This document shows positions 27,726 through 40,451 of a stretch of 64,000 bases of DNA, in pieces. Every line of letters begins with the position of its first letter. Position 1 is the stretch's first letter. The stretch covers positions 15,810,001 to 15,874,000 of the forward strand of contig NC_043022.1 in the NCBI RefSeq assembly GCF_006345805.1, given 5' to 3'. The notes under the pieces were generated by a model. That model did no database searches. It saw only the letters and a list, made by a program, of their open reading frames with translations, and was not told where the DNA came from. The stretch is from Octopus sinensis. Taxonomy: Eukaryota. The position numbers and the translations under genes are program-made.

Positions 27726-27986
27726 ACAATAATTCGATACCTCTGTAGTTACTTGTCTCTAAGGCATCTCCTTTACCTTTGTAACAATTGTCTCTGATGC
27801 TGCTACACCAGTCCAGATTGTGTGGCCTCCAGATTGACAGATGATTAGGTGGCTGGCTGTTTTCCTGAAGATAATGTTTCTGATCTGAAGTCGAGATAAG
27901 TGACATCTGTGATGGAGGTGCTGTGCTAGGCAGCCTTTGCTGTCAGAAAGACTATATTAGTTGGTACCAAGTAGACGATTTCTCTT

Positions 27987-28212
27987 TAACCCTTTAGTAT
28001 TTAAGCCGGCCATATCCGGCCAAAATAGCTAATCTATTTTATGTTCAAACTGACCAGATCCAGGCCCTCACACCTACCCTACAATGTTATTCTACATTAA
28101 GTAATTACACCATCAAGATCTTGAAGATATGACATAATGCATGATTAATTCAAATCAATGGGAATCAATAAGCATTATGTTTGATAGAATAATCTGAACA
28201 CTAAAGGGTTAA
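27987..28212. mobile_element. piggyBac-type MITE
   Basis: TTAA CCCTTTAG ... CTAAAGGG TTAA. Confidence 0.8.
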
Positions 28213-28399
28213 GAAGGCAGATAATGTTGATTTTCGCCACCCTCTTGATTACTCTAATCTTATGAGAGATTAATGAGATCAGACAGTAAATCACTGTGAG
28301 GCACTTATTTCATTTTTAAAAACACGAATGGCAGATTGCGACAGAAAATGTTTAGGTATAAAACCTAAATCCTGCAAATTCCTCTGGACAATCAGGCAT

Positions 28400-28665
28400 G
28401 CTGACGCAACATAAAATACACTTGTGCTGACACTATATAAAGAGCGTCATATAAAAAGTACCCTTGCAGATGCAACATAAAAGTACCCTGTGCCATGTAA
28501 AAAGCACCCAGTACACTCTCTAAAGTGGTTGGCATTAGGAAGGGCATCCAGCTGTGGAAGCCATGTCAAAACAGATGACCGGAGCTTGGTGCAGCTCTCC
28601 AGCCATGCCAGCTGTTCTTGAACTGTCCAACCCATGCCAGCATGGAAAATGGACGTTGAATGATA
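28400..28665 (+). mobile_element. RTE-tail / Meta-domain-like repeat
   Basis: Same motif set. Confidence 0.7.
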
Positions 28666-28923
28666 ATTAGCAAGTGATGTGTGCATTTTTTTCGTAGAAG
28701 GAAACCTATGAGGGCCTACTGCTGGATTTGGTTTGATTTTATTAAAGGTTGCAATGGTGTCTGCAGTGCTGAAAGTTAGGGTTAGAGAAGGTGTGTTGGG
28801 GATTTACTTAGTGAATACGTGCTGGTGTTGGGACGGGCATGTCAAAGAATAGACCTGACCTTTCCTCTGCAAAAAGGAAACTGAAGGAGCCTGAAGTAAT
28901 ATTTGCTCTTTAATCTTGTAAAA

Positions 28924-29146
28924 CCTATTTCTTTACTACCCACAAGGGGCTAAACACAGAGAGGACAAACAAGGACAGATTAAGTCGATTATATCGACCC
29001 CAGTGCGTAACTGGTACTTATTTAATCGACCCCGAAAAGATGAAAGGCAAAGTCGACCTCGGCGGAATTTGAACTCAGAACGTAGCGGCAGACGAAATAC
29101 CGCTAAGCACTTCGCCTGACGTGCTAACGATTCTGCCAGCTCACCC
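28924..29146 (-). mobile_element. SINE family B monomer
   Basis: Same consensus. Confidence 0.8.
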
Positions 29147-29621
29147 TCTTGGTAGGGCCTCACATACAGGACAAGTCAAAGGATAGGGGCTTAACTAATA
29201 TTGATCACTTCCTCTTTCCAGAGGTAAAATTGGACCAAGAACCCTACCTAGAAAGAGCAGAATTATAGAAGCATTGATGACAATTCAAAAACCAACAAGA
29301 CATGAAAGAGGAAGGGCTTTTTGTTGTATGGAAGTAGAACACCCCTTTTGGTTGGCTCCTAATGGATTGTGCCACAATATAAATGGACATATGCAGAGAG
29401 CCTTGAGCAGAGTAAAGTCAAGAGTTGCATATTGTCGTGGGTTATTACTGGTATTTTGAGTGCAACGATTTGCAAGGATGTTGTTATTATCCCGTTAAGA
29501 GAAACCTAATGAGGAGCCTAAAAATCTGCAAGGAAACTGAGAGCCCTTCTCTCCTTTTATTCAAAAGAAAAACACCAAAATTGCAATGGAAAGAACTGAT
29601 CTTGAAGGGCAAATGCGGATG

Positions 29622-29915
29622 TGGAGGCACATGGCCTAGTGGTTAGAGCAGTGGACTCACGGTCGAGGGATCACGGGTTCGAATCTCAGACCTGGCGATG
29701 TGTGTGTTTATGAGCAAAACATCTAAACTCCATGCGGCTCTGGCAGAAGGTAATGGTGAACTTCTGCTGACTCTTTTGCCACAACTTTCTCTCACTCTCT
29801 CCTTCTGCATCATGCATCTCACCTGCGACGGACCAGCATCCCGTCCAGGTGGGGAACCTATATGCCAAGGAAACCGGGAAACCGGCCCTTGTGAGCTAGG
29901 CATGGCTCGTGAAGG
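29622..29915 (+). mobile_element. tRNA-derived SINE family D
   Basis: TGGCCTAGTGGTTAGAGCA (A box) and GGTTCGAATC (B box). Confidence 0.75.
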
Positions 29916-30267
29916 AACACATGGGGATGGATAGGTCATACCTTAAGGAAATGAACACCTTGTATCTGGAAACTATAAGGGGGGAGGAAGATTAACTGTT
30001 TTGAGCATTACGTTCGTCTTGCCCTCTCTGTCTAGGATTAGATAGGTCATACCTTAAGGAAAGGGACACCACAAGACAGGTGGAAGAGAGGATACCTAAA
30101 AATACCTGAAGGTGGGACACTGGGGGAAGAGCTGAAAAAGCAGGAATCCAACTGGAGAGAAATAGGAAAAGCAATTCCAGATTTGAGAACAAAGCAGAAC
30201 AGTCATTGATGGCCCCTGCTCCTTAGTTGGAGTGAATGGATTAAAAAACAAAAAAGAATAGTAAATA

Positions 30268-30451
30268 GGCGCAGGAGTGGCCTGTGTGGTAAGTAGTTTG
30301 CTTACCAACCACATGGTTCCGGGTCAGTCCCACTGCGTGGCATTTTGGGCAAGTGTCTTCTGCTATAGCCCGGGCCGACCAATGCCTTGTGAGTGGATTT
30401 GGTAGACGGAAACTGAAAAGAAGCCTGTCGTATATATGATTATATATATAT

Positions 30452-30494
<43 letters not shown>

Positions 30495-30705
30495 CGTGTG
30501 TTTGTGTGTCTATGTTTGTTCCCCTAGCATTGCTTGACAACCGATGCTGGTGTGTTTACGTCCCCGTCACTTAGCGGTTCGGCAAAAGAGACCGATAGAA
30601 TAAGTACTGGGCTTACAAAGAATAAGTCCTGGGGTCGATTTGCTCGACTAAGAGCGGTGCTCCAGCATGGCCGCAGTCAAATGACTGAAACAAGTAAAAG
30701 AGTAA
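30268..30705 (+). mobile_element. SINE family A, full length
   Basis: Same consensus. Confidence 0.85.
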
Positions 30706-30915
30706 GAGTATTGACCTCACTAGGATTTGAACTGGGAGGGCAGAGTTTGAGAACAACTACTACAAAGCATTCTGTCTGCTGGTTCACCTCCAAATAGGAA
30801 ATGGACATGAGGGGAAAGTGTTTCACATTCATGAAAGTGGAAAAGTGATGTTCTAAACTCAAGGATTATTATTATTATTATTATTATTATTATTTATTTA
30901 TTTATTCATTATTAA

Positions 30916-31960
30916 GGCGGCAAGGAACTGGCAGAAGCGTTAGCACACCAGGCAAAATGCTTAGTGGTATTTCGTCTGTCGTTATGTTCTGAGTTCAAAT
31001 TCCGCCGAGTGCTACTTTGCCTTTCATCCTTTCGGGGTCGATAAATTAAGTACCAGTTACGCACTGGGATCGATATAATTGACTTAATCCCTTTGTCTGT
31101 TTTTGTTTGTCCCCTCTGTGTTTAGCCCCTTGTGGGTAGTAAAGAAATAGGTATTTCATCTGTCTTTACATTCTGAGTTCAAATTCCACCGAAGTCGACT
31201 TTGCCTTTCATCCTTTCGGGGTCGATAAATTAAGTACCAGTTACGCACTGGGATCGATATAATTGACTTAATCCCTTTGTCTGTTTTTGTTTGTCCCCTC
31301 TGTGTTTAGCCCCTTGTGGGTAGTAAAGAAATAGGTATTTCATCTGTCTTTACATTCTGAGTTCAAATTCCACCGAAGTCGACTTTGCCTTTCATCCTTT
31401 CGGGGTCGATAAAATAAGTACCAGTTACGCACTGGGATCGATATAATTGACTTAATCCCTTTGTCTGTTTTTGTTTGTCCCCTCTGTGTTTAGCCCCTTG
31501 TGGGTAGTAAAGAAATAGGTATTTCATCTGTCTTTACATTCTGAGTTCAAATTCCACCGAAGTCGACTTTGCCTTTCATCCTTTCGGGGTCGATAAAATA
31601 AGTACCAGTTACGCACTGGGGTCGATGTAATTGACTTAATCTGTTTGTCTGTCCTTGTTTGTCCCCTCTGTGTTTAGCCCCTTGTGGGTAGTAAAGAAAT
31701 AGGTATTTCATTTGCCTTTCATCCTCCCGGGGTTGCTTATATAAATACCAGTTACACACCGGGGTCAATGTAATTGATTTAATCCCGTCCCCCAAGTTGT
31801 TCTTGGGGCAAGCTGGCAGAATCGTTAACCGTATTTCATCTGTCACTATGTCCTGAGTTCCAATTCCGCCAAGGTCGTCTTTGCCTTTCATGCTTTAGGG
31901 ATTGATAAAATAAGTACCAGTGGAATACTGGGGTCGTTATAATCGTCTAGTCCCCCTCCC
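30916..31960 (+). repeat. SINE family B concatemer, 4 x 184 bp plus partial copies
   Basis: B box GAGTTCAAATTCC at 30991, 31175, 31359 and 31543. Confidence 0.9.
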
Positions 31961-32318
31961 TAAATATTTCTATTTTAACCTCTGTCTTGGCAAAGGCAGA
32001 GGTATTGTTTTTTAGTCACATTTGTTTCTCTGTGCACCAGATATCTCAAGAACTGCTGGATGGATTCGGATGAAACTTTCAGACATGTTTGGCCTCGTGA
32101 CTGGCACGAACTGATTAGATTTTGGGATCGATCCAGTAACAGACAAGGATTCTGGATTATTTTTTGTCATATTTGCTTTAGATGATGTCTTCAAATCATT
32201 CTCTGATTATCTCCCTTATATTATATTATATTATCTCCCTTATATATTACACATACATATTGATACTTTAAAATAATAACGAAATTATTGTATTCAGTGC
32301 TCAGGTGCACCACAACTT

Positions 32319-32510
32319 GTCATTTGACTGCGGCCATGCTGGAGCACCGCCTTTAGTCGAGCCAATCGACCCCAGGACCTATTTTTTTGTAAGCCTAGTA
32401 CTTATTCTATCGGTCTCTTTTGCCGAACCGCTAAGTTATGGGAGATGTAAACACACCACCATCGGTTGTCAAGCGATGTTGGGGGGAACAAACAAAGACA
32501 CACACACCAC
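32319..32510 (-). mobile_element. SINE family A 3' half
   Basis: Tail and body match; a 5' half occurs at 34325-34498 in the same orientation. Confidence 0.75.
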
Positions 32511-32565
32511 ACACACACACACCCACATATAGTTATTAATATATAATATATTATAATATATAATA

Positions 32566-32607
<42 letters not shown>

Positions 32608-33315
32608 TATATTGGCAGGGCTGGACTGCTAGGTAGCCAGCCGTATGCTAGAAACAGGTCATCAACGATCAAACTACAAGGAAATTCTCTAGAGGAAAAA
32701 TTCAGCGAACACCAGAACCAAATTTGGCGGGCAGGACAAATGAAAATTTATATAAAAAACAGACTTAAATGCATACCTCGGTTTCGGTCTTTAACAAAAG
32801 AATTACTTACATAATTCAAATGTCCGTGGCTTCATCAGTGCATTCGGTCAGTGTAAATGCAAACCGAAAAACTAACCTCAGCTTTCTGTGCCAAGACAGA
32901 CACGTGCTTAGTTTTACCGATTACATTAGGGATAAAATTTCAAATGTCTTGGTTCTGGCGCGCTAAGAAATTCCAGAAGCGAAGGGCTGCAGTGAATAAT
33001 TCACTGCGGTTAGTGCTTACTACTAGGGAACGTATTTATTTCAATGTTTAAATAATGAGGGAGATAAATTAATATTAATTTTAATATTAATTTAAAACCA
33101 GTAGTCCAGCATACAAAAAATCTGAGAAGTCAGAGAAAATTCTAATATATGTGTATATTGGTAGGGCTGGACTGCTAGGTAGCCGGCCGTATGCTAGAAA
33201 CAGATCATCAATGATCAAACTACAAGGAAATTCTCTAGAGGGATTTTTTGTATGGTGGACTACTGGTTTTAAATTGATATTAAATTAATATTAATTTCTC
33301 CCTCATTATTTAAAT
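32608..33315. mobile_element. Rearranged Penelope-like remnant
   Basis: Contains a hammerhead, a direct repeat (32610-32695/33156-33241) and an inverted repeat (33048-33122/33242-33315); flanked by (TA)n. Confidence 0.5.
32768..32844 (-). ncRNA. Hammerhead ribozyme-like motif with long stem II
   Basis: aatgca CTGATGA ... GAAAC cgag GTA tgcatt with a 6-bp stem I; inner gaatta/taattc hairpin, base of stem II imperfect. Confidence 0.55.
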
Positions 33316-33476
33316 ATTATATATATATATACACACACACATATATATATATACACACACATATATCTATATATTATATATTAACACACATAATATATAT
33401 ATAGATATATATATATATAATATATATTATATATTACACACACACACAATATATATATATATACACACACACACAC

Positions 33477-33536
<60 letters not shown>

Positions 33537-33857
33537 AAAAAAGGAGATGTCGAACACGAGTGGTGATATATAAAAAAGGAATGAAGAAAATGCTGACAAA
33601 TAATTGAAGTAATTTAAGTAATTAATTAGGTGAAAGTTCTTTTTACCGTTGCGCAGCGCAACCGTAAAAAGAAATCACCTAATTAAATTACTAAAATTAC
33701 TTCAATTATTGGTCAGCATTTTCTTCATTTCCTTTTTTATATATATATATAATATATATATATACATACATATATATATATATATATATAATATATATAT
33801 ACATACATATATATACATATATATATATACATATATATATATAGATATATATATAAC

Positions 33858-33906
<49 letters not shown>

Positions 33907-33908
33907 AC

Positions 33909-33939
<31 letters not shown>

Positions 33940-34036
33940 TATATACCTATATATATATATATATATATAACATATATTATACATATATATATATATATAT
34001 ATACATATTATATCACAATATATATATATATATATA

Positions 34037-34069
<33 letters not shown>

Positions 34070-34145
34070 TATATATACACATATATATATATATACACAC
34101 ACACATATATATACACATATATATATATATACACACATAATACAC

Positions 34146-34189
<44 letters not shown>

Positions 34190-34324
34190 TATATATATAT
34201 ATATATATCATCATCATCGTTTAGCGTCCGTTTTCCATGCTAGCATGGACATGGGTGTATATATATATATATACACACACACACATATATATACACATAT
34301 ATATATATACACACACACATATAT

Positions 34325-34498
34325 ATGACGGGCTTCTTTCAGTTTCTGTCTACCAAATCCACTCACAAGGCTTTGGTCGGCCCCAGTAGAAGTGTCTTCT
34401 ATAGTAGAAGACACTTGCCCAAGGTGCCACACAGTGGGACTGAACCCGGAACCATGTGGTTGGTAAGCAAGCTACTTACCACACAGCCACTCCTGCAC
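34325..34498 (-). mobile_element. SINE family A 5' half
   Basis: tRNA-like head with A and B boxes. Confidence 0.75.
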
Positions 34499-34607
34499 CA
34501 TACAAATATAGCTTTTATCTTATTGATATTTCTCTCTCTCTCTCTCTCTCTGTATTTCTCCCAATATTAAATTTTATGACCTTTATAAAAATAATAATGA
34601 AGTTATT

Positions 34608-35200
34608 GTATACAGTGCTCAGGTGCACCACAACTTGTCAGAAAGTGCATATAAAGTACATGCAGTAATGCAGAAATGTCTGGAAAGCGAACAATGTATG
34701 AGTCAGATACTGCTTGTGTGTGTAAGGAGGGGAGAGAAAATCAGGTGTAGTGTTGGCGAATCTCAGGAAGCATGGAAGTTTTGAAGGATGCAGTGCTCCG
34801 ACAACTAACAACTGATGCCGGCAGTCTGTTCATGCTTCAGCAACTCTCAGCGTGAAAAAATGTTTCCTGAAGTCATGGGAGCTGTGCTGTTTTCTTACTT
34901 TGTAAATATGTCCACGGTGTTAGACGGGTGGAGTTCGAAAAGGTGCTCAGAGTATTGTTTGTACGATGGTTGATAATTTTAGGGGTGTCTGCCAAGTCAG
35001 CTGCCAGACGTGGAGTTTCAATGTGTCCATGCCCAGGGAAGTAAGGCGTTCAGGATATGGCAAATGCCTGATGGAGGGTATTCTTTTGGTTGCACGTCGC
35101 TGAACAGCTTCCAGACGATTGATATCCTGGGCAAGATAGGGGTTGCAGACCGGTGATGCAAATTCCAGGTGAGGTCTTACCATAGCTATATAAAGCCACA
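34608..35200 (-). mobile_element. CR1-type LINE 3' fragment
   Basis: MVRPHLEFASPVCNP...LEAVQRRATKRIP; same 3' end as 22703. Confidence 0.9.
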
Positions 35201-35322
35201 TCTTAACCTGTAGGGTAGAATGCTGTTAACTTTGACCAATCAATTCCCATTTATGACTTTATTCATTTGATTAACACAATGGTTAATAGCGATAATCCAT
35301 TTTCTATCAAAAAGCATGTATA

Positions 35323-36076
35323 TTAACCCTTTGAGCCCTGACCTCCCGAACCTTATTTGTAGGATGATACTTTAGTGCTGATGCACTCCACCGGTCGAGC
35401 AGTTCCAGGCGGCGAGCTGGCAGAATCGTTAGCATGTCAGGCGAAATGCTTTGCGGTATTTCGGCTGCCGTTATATTGTGAGTTCAAATTCCGCCGAGGT
35501 CGACTTTGCCTTTCATCCTTTCGGGGTCGATAAATTAAGTACCAGTTACGCACTGGGGGTCGATGTAATCAACTTAATCCGTTTGTCTGTCCTTGCTTGT
35601 CCCCTCTGTGTTTAGCCCCTTGTGGGTAGTAAAGAAATAGGTATTTCGTCTGCCGTTACGTTGTGAGTTCAAATTCCGCCGAGGTCGACTTTGCCTTTCA
35701 TCCTTTCGGGGTCGATAAATTAAGTACCAGTTACACACTGGGGGTCGATGTAATCGACTTAATCCGTTTGTCTGTCCTTGCTTGTCCCCTCTGTGTTTAG
35801 CCCCTTGTGGGTAATAAAGAAATAGGTATTTTGTCTGCCGTTACGTTGTGAGTTCAAATTCCGCCGAGGTCGACTTTGCCTTTCATCCTTTCGGGGTCGA
35901 TAAATTAAGTACCAGTTACACACTGGGGGTCGATGTAATCGACTTAATCCATTTGTCTGTCCTTGCTTGTCCCCTCTGTGTTTAGCCCCTTGTGGGTAAT
36001 AAAGAAATAGGTTCCACGGTATAGAGAAAAGTAAGTCATCCACAGGTAAACCGATGTTACAGGCTCAAAGGGTTAA
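35323..36076. mobile_element. piggyBac-type MITE carrying the SINE B trimer
   Basis: TTAACCCTTTGAGCC ... GGCTCAAAGGGTTAA. Confidence 0.75.
35408..36012 (+). repeat. SINE family B concatemer, 3 x 185 bp
   Basis: B box at 35480, 35665 and 35850; GTTCCA flanks both ends. Confidence 0.9.
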
Positions 36077-36219
36077 ATATGTATTTATTTATTGCTGTAT
36101 TTGTTCTGTATTCTACCTTCACTGAACCCTAAGTAAACTTTAAGTGTGAAATATAAGAAACATACTCTTACACTAGTGAGTTCATGGCTGTTTCCTGCAC
36201 CAGTTTCACATAGAAGCCC

Positions 36220-36690
36220 CAGCCCATCCAAAGTGCCTTGGATCGGAGAATGACCTGCTGCGCTTACCTTGGATCGTAGGGTGACCTGCTGTGCTTGAGG
36301 AGACCTATTGAGTCAAGTACATCAACATCAACGTGAAAATAAATATGAAACGGAAATTGTAGTTGTGATACCTGTGCCGATGGCACGTAAAAAGCACCAT
36401 CCAAACGTGGCTGATGCCAGCGCCGCTTTCACTGGCTTCTGTGCTAGTGGCAGGTAAAAAGCACCAACCAATCATGGCCACTGCCAGCCTCCCCCACCAC
36501 ATGTACCGGTGGCACATAAAAAGCACCCACTACACTCATGGAGTGGTTGGCGTTAGGGAGGGCATCCAGCCATAGAAACACTGCCAGATCAGACTGGAGT
36601 CTGGTGCAGCCTCCTGGCTTCCCAGACCCCGGTCGAACCGTCCAACCCACGCTAGCATGGAAAACGGGTGTTAAACAATGATGATGGTGA
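36220..36690 (+). mobile_element. RTE-tail / Meta-domain-like repeat, long copy
   Basis: Same motif set with ~60-bp subrepeats. Confidence 0.75.
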
Positions 36691-36883
36691 AGTTTGTATT
36701 TATTTGTTTAGGTTCTTATATACTTTCATTTACATAAATTTACATAACTTTTACCCCTCACTTTACCCATAGATAATTAAATCTAAATGGATGTAGATAA
36801 TGTATGTAAATGTATGCAGATATTTGCATAACAAGTGAATTCCAATCTACCTATTTTTCTATTCTCTTTTATTTTATCAAATA

Positions 36884-37278
36884 CTAGCAGTTCGCCCGGC
36901 GTTGCTCGGGTTTGTAAGGGAAATAACTATATAAGCATTTTTAGAGATGTAAAGTATAATAGCCATCTCAATATGGTTAACCACAAAGCGGGGTGTTACT
37001 GTAGCTTTTTACATTCTGAGATTTAATAATACATTTTTAGAGTGTTACTTCCCTTATATAAACTGAGCGAAAATGCATTAAAAATGCGGAAAAATTGTGT
37101 TAAATTTTTTTTTAAATCGTAGACGCATCGTAGACGTGCGCTAATACCCAGAAGGGCTCGATATGAATCACGACTATAAGATACCCGGTTTTGGTTAAAC
37201 TGCACCGCAAAATGTGGGAGTAGTTAGGAATCCAAATCGTAGGAGACAGACACACAACTTCACTTTTATAGATAAAGA
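36884..37278 (-). mobile_element. Non-autonomous Helitron
   Basis: Same termini and body as 11827-12342. Confidence 0.8.
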
Positions 37279-37608
37279 TTTATGTTGTATCTCTCTCTCT
37301 ATATATAAATGCTATATTCTATTTGTATTATAAATGCATTCAAAAATATATTTTACCACAATATATTACCATTTTTTATTTTTATCGTGTTTACATAGTT
37401 ATATAACACTATTACTTAAATTCTTATGAATATATTTACCTTAATAATTACGTCTGAATTTAAGTATAGGTTAATTAATGGGTTAATGAATATATTATCT
37501 TTACACTTTTTTTTAATAACTACCCAGATTATATTATTTAAATTCTATTAATTACACACACCTACAAATTTATTTGATACTTAAATATACGATTTACTGC
37601 TGCGTTAC

Positions 37609-38326
37609 TATTGGGTTGGGGCATAATTTATTGTGGCTTTTTTTCAACAAATTTTATTCAACAAAAACAATAACAATATTTAACAAAAACATCTTTAAAT
37701 GACAGTCTGACCGTCTGCCAAGCAAACAGGAAGCAGTAATTGAAGTAGATGGTGAATATGCTCCGGAACAATCATTTAACCCTTTCGTTACCGTATTTCT
37801 GTTGAGATGCTCTGTGTTTCTTTCAATTATAACAAAGAATTTATCAAAATAACTTAGTTATCATTAAGCTAGTGTTAGGAATATAAATTGTGACTAAGGT
37901 TTGGTGGAAGATTTTAATTCAAAACTTATAAAAACAAGACTTTTGTACTCAGTGCCAGAATTGGTTTCAGCTGGGTTGGTAATGAAAGGGTTAAGAATTG
38001 TTTCTCTATTATATATTTTAACCTTTTTGTTACCATATTTCTGTTGAGATGCTCTGTGTTTCTTTCAATTAATTTTAAATATAGCAAAGAATTTAGTAAA
38101 ATAACTTAGTTATCATTCAGCTAGTGTTAGGAACATAAATTGTGACTAACGTTTGGTGGAAGATGTTAATTCAAAACTTAAGAAAACAAGACTTTTGTAC
38201 TCAGAGCCAGAGCCGGTTTCAGCCGGGTTGGTATTGAAAGGGTTAAAGATGTTTTTGTTACATGTTATTGTTTTTGTTGAATAAAATTTGTTGAAAAAAG
38301 CTGCAATAATTATGCCCCAACCCAAT
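37609..38326. mobile_element. mariner-type MITE with two nested piggyBac MITEs (37776-37994, 38018-38246)
   Basis: ~85-bp TIRs starting TATTGGGTTGGGGCATAA; nested TTAACCCTTT...AAAGGGTTAA units. Confidence 0.8.
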
Positions 38327-38606
38327 ATATTTTCATTTTTTAGGTTAAGTAGTAATTCCGTTCACGTTTGTGCAACTGAGATATTTTGGTTGGATTATAT
38401 AGTCTTTGGTGTTACATTACTTTCTATATTCTCTGTTAACAATATACTTTTCTAGGTGTGAATTTTTTGTGGGGCGGGGGGGGGCCAGTTGATTAGATCA
38501 ACCCCAGTACACAATTGGTACTTAATTTATCGACCCTGAAAGGACGAAAGGCAAAGTCAATCTCGGTAGAATTTGAACTCAGAACATAAAGACAGGCAGT
38601 CATGAT

Positions 38607-39150
38607 ATGGATTTGGTTTGCAAGATTCTTTATATGAGTTGGTGTGTTGAAGCATATTCTGTTGTGTCTGGGGAGGGTCATTCTCTTTTGTTGCCTTATT
38701 ACTTAACACACTCGCCGGTAACATTTCCACTCATTTCTTTTATTTTTCTTAAAATTTTCGTTGCGTCTTGCAACCTTTTCAATATTCATTGATTCTCTTC
38801 TTTCAGTTTTTCTAGGCCTTTGTCAACAAATGCACTGAGTTGATGGGTCCCCTCCCCACTGTGTTTTTTAGTGGATTTCTTGTATCGATCTAAGATATGT
38901 CGGAGTCTATTTCTTACTAAGGAGATCTTTGCTTCTGTTTCACTGTCAATTTGGGGTGGGATACATACCCTTTTGTTAAAGGGTAAGTCTGTGGGGTAGA
39001 CCCTTGTCCTATCATAAGATTTGTTTTTAGGGTTGTAGAAGAGAGAGTAGAGAGTGTTATTGTTGTGGTTGGTGTTTGTGTTATAGAGCCAACAACTATT
39101 GAAAAGGTTGCAAGATGCAACGAAAATTTTAGAAAAATGAAAAAGAAATT
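38607..39150. mobile_element. Probable Penelope-like remnant with inverted degenerate hammerhead-like hairpins
   Basis: 38733-38784 is an inverted copy of 39097-39150 (TTGAAAAG GTTGC-aagat-GCAAC GAAA). Confidence 0.4.
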
Positions 39151-39184
39151 GTCATCATTACTATTATTATTATTATTATTATTA

Positions 39185-39485
39185 AAAAGCACCATTCAAG
39201 TGTGGCCGATGCCAGTGCCACCTAGCTGGCATCCAAGTTAGTGGCACCTAATGAACTCTGTTTGAGCGTGGCCAATGCCAGTGCCACCTGACTAGTTCCT
39301 GTGCTGGTGGCACATAAAAAGCACCCACTACACTCTCAGAGTGGTTGGCATTAGGAAGGGCATCCAGCTGTAGAAACCTTGCCAGATCAGATTCGAGCCT
39401 GGTGCAGCCTTTTGGCTTTCCAGTCCTCAGTCAAAACCGTCCAACCCATGCCAGCGTAGAAAGTGGACGTTAAACCATGAAGAGG
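39185..39485 (+). mobile_element. RTE-tail / Meta-domain-like repeat
   Basis: Same motif set. Confidence 0.7.
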
Positions 39486-39496
39486 ATGCAGTGAGC

Positions 39497-39739
39497 CAGC
39501 AGAATCATTCTCACATTAATCCTTTTGATACCAACCCGGCCAAAACTGGCTCTGAGTACGAATGTCTTGTTTTCATAAGTTTTGAATTAGAATATTCCAC
39601 CAAACCTTAGTCACAATTTATGTTCCTGACATTAGCTTAATGATAACTAAGTTTATTTTACTAAATTCTTTGTTATAGTTAAAGTAATTGAAAGAAACAC
39701 AGAGCATCTCAAAAATAAATAGGGTAACGAAAGGGTTAA
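39497..39739. mobile_element. piggyBac-type MITE (same family as 37776, reversed)
   Basis: Reverse complement of the 37776-37994 body; ends AAAGGGTTAA. Confidence 0.8.
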
Positions 39740-39937
39740 GGAAAAAAACCTTTTGATAGTTCTTTACATTCTGAGTTCAAATTCTGCCAAGGTTAACTTT
39801 GCCTTTCATACTTTTGGGGGTCAATAAAGTACCAGTTGTGTACTGGGGTCGATCTAATTGACTTACCCTTCCCCACTGAGCTTGCTGGGCTTATACCAAA
39901 ATTTGAAATCATCATTATTATCATTATTATTATTATA

Positions 39938-40451
39938 GGCCGTTGCCAGCCTCGCCTGGCCCCCGTGCCAGTGGCATGTAAAAAGCACCATCTTATCGTG
40001 GCCATTGCCAGCCTCGCCTGGCCCCCGTACCAGTGGCATGTAAAAAGCACCATCCGATCGTGGCCGTTGCCAACCTCGCCTGGCCCCCGTGCCGGTGGCA
40101 TGTAAAAAGCACCATCCGATCGTGGCCTTTGCCAGCCTCGCCTGGCCCCCGTGCTGGTGGCACGTAAAAAGCACCATCTTATCGTGGCCGTTGCCAGCCT
40201 CGCCTGGCCCCCGTGCCAGTGGCACGTAAAAGCACCATCCGTTCGTGGCCGTTTGCCAGCTCCGTCTGGCACCTGTGCGGGTGGCACGTAAAAAGCACCC
40301 ACTACACTCACGAAGTGGTTGGCGTTAGGAAGGGCATCCAGCCGTAGAAACACTGCCAGATCAGACTGGGCCTGATGCAGCCTTCTGGCTTCACAGACCC
40401 CAGGTGAAACGTCCAACCCATGCTAGCATGGAAAGCGGACGCTAGATGATG

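Larger units (their letters stand above)
25745..27800 (-). mobile_element. Fragmented RTE LINE reverse transcriptase remnants
   Basis: QFG..P.RST motifs (25886, 27262), LYADD at ~26890, YKGKGDA...NYRGI at ~27760; interrupted by SINEs. Confidence 0.75.

Noticed and set aside
29622-29700. tRNA gene-like sequences (also 3910-3985, 13830-13902, 60886-60955)
   Set aside because: SINE heads: no complete acceptor stem, and they continue into repeat bodies.
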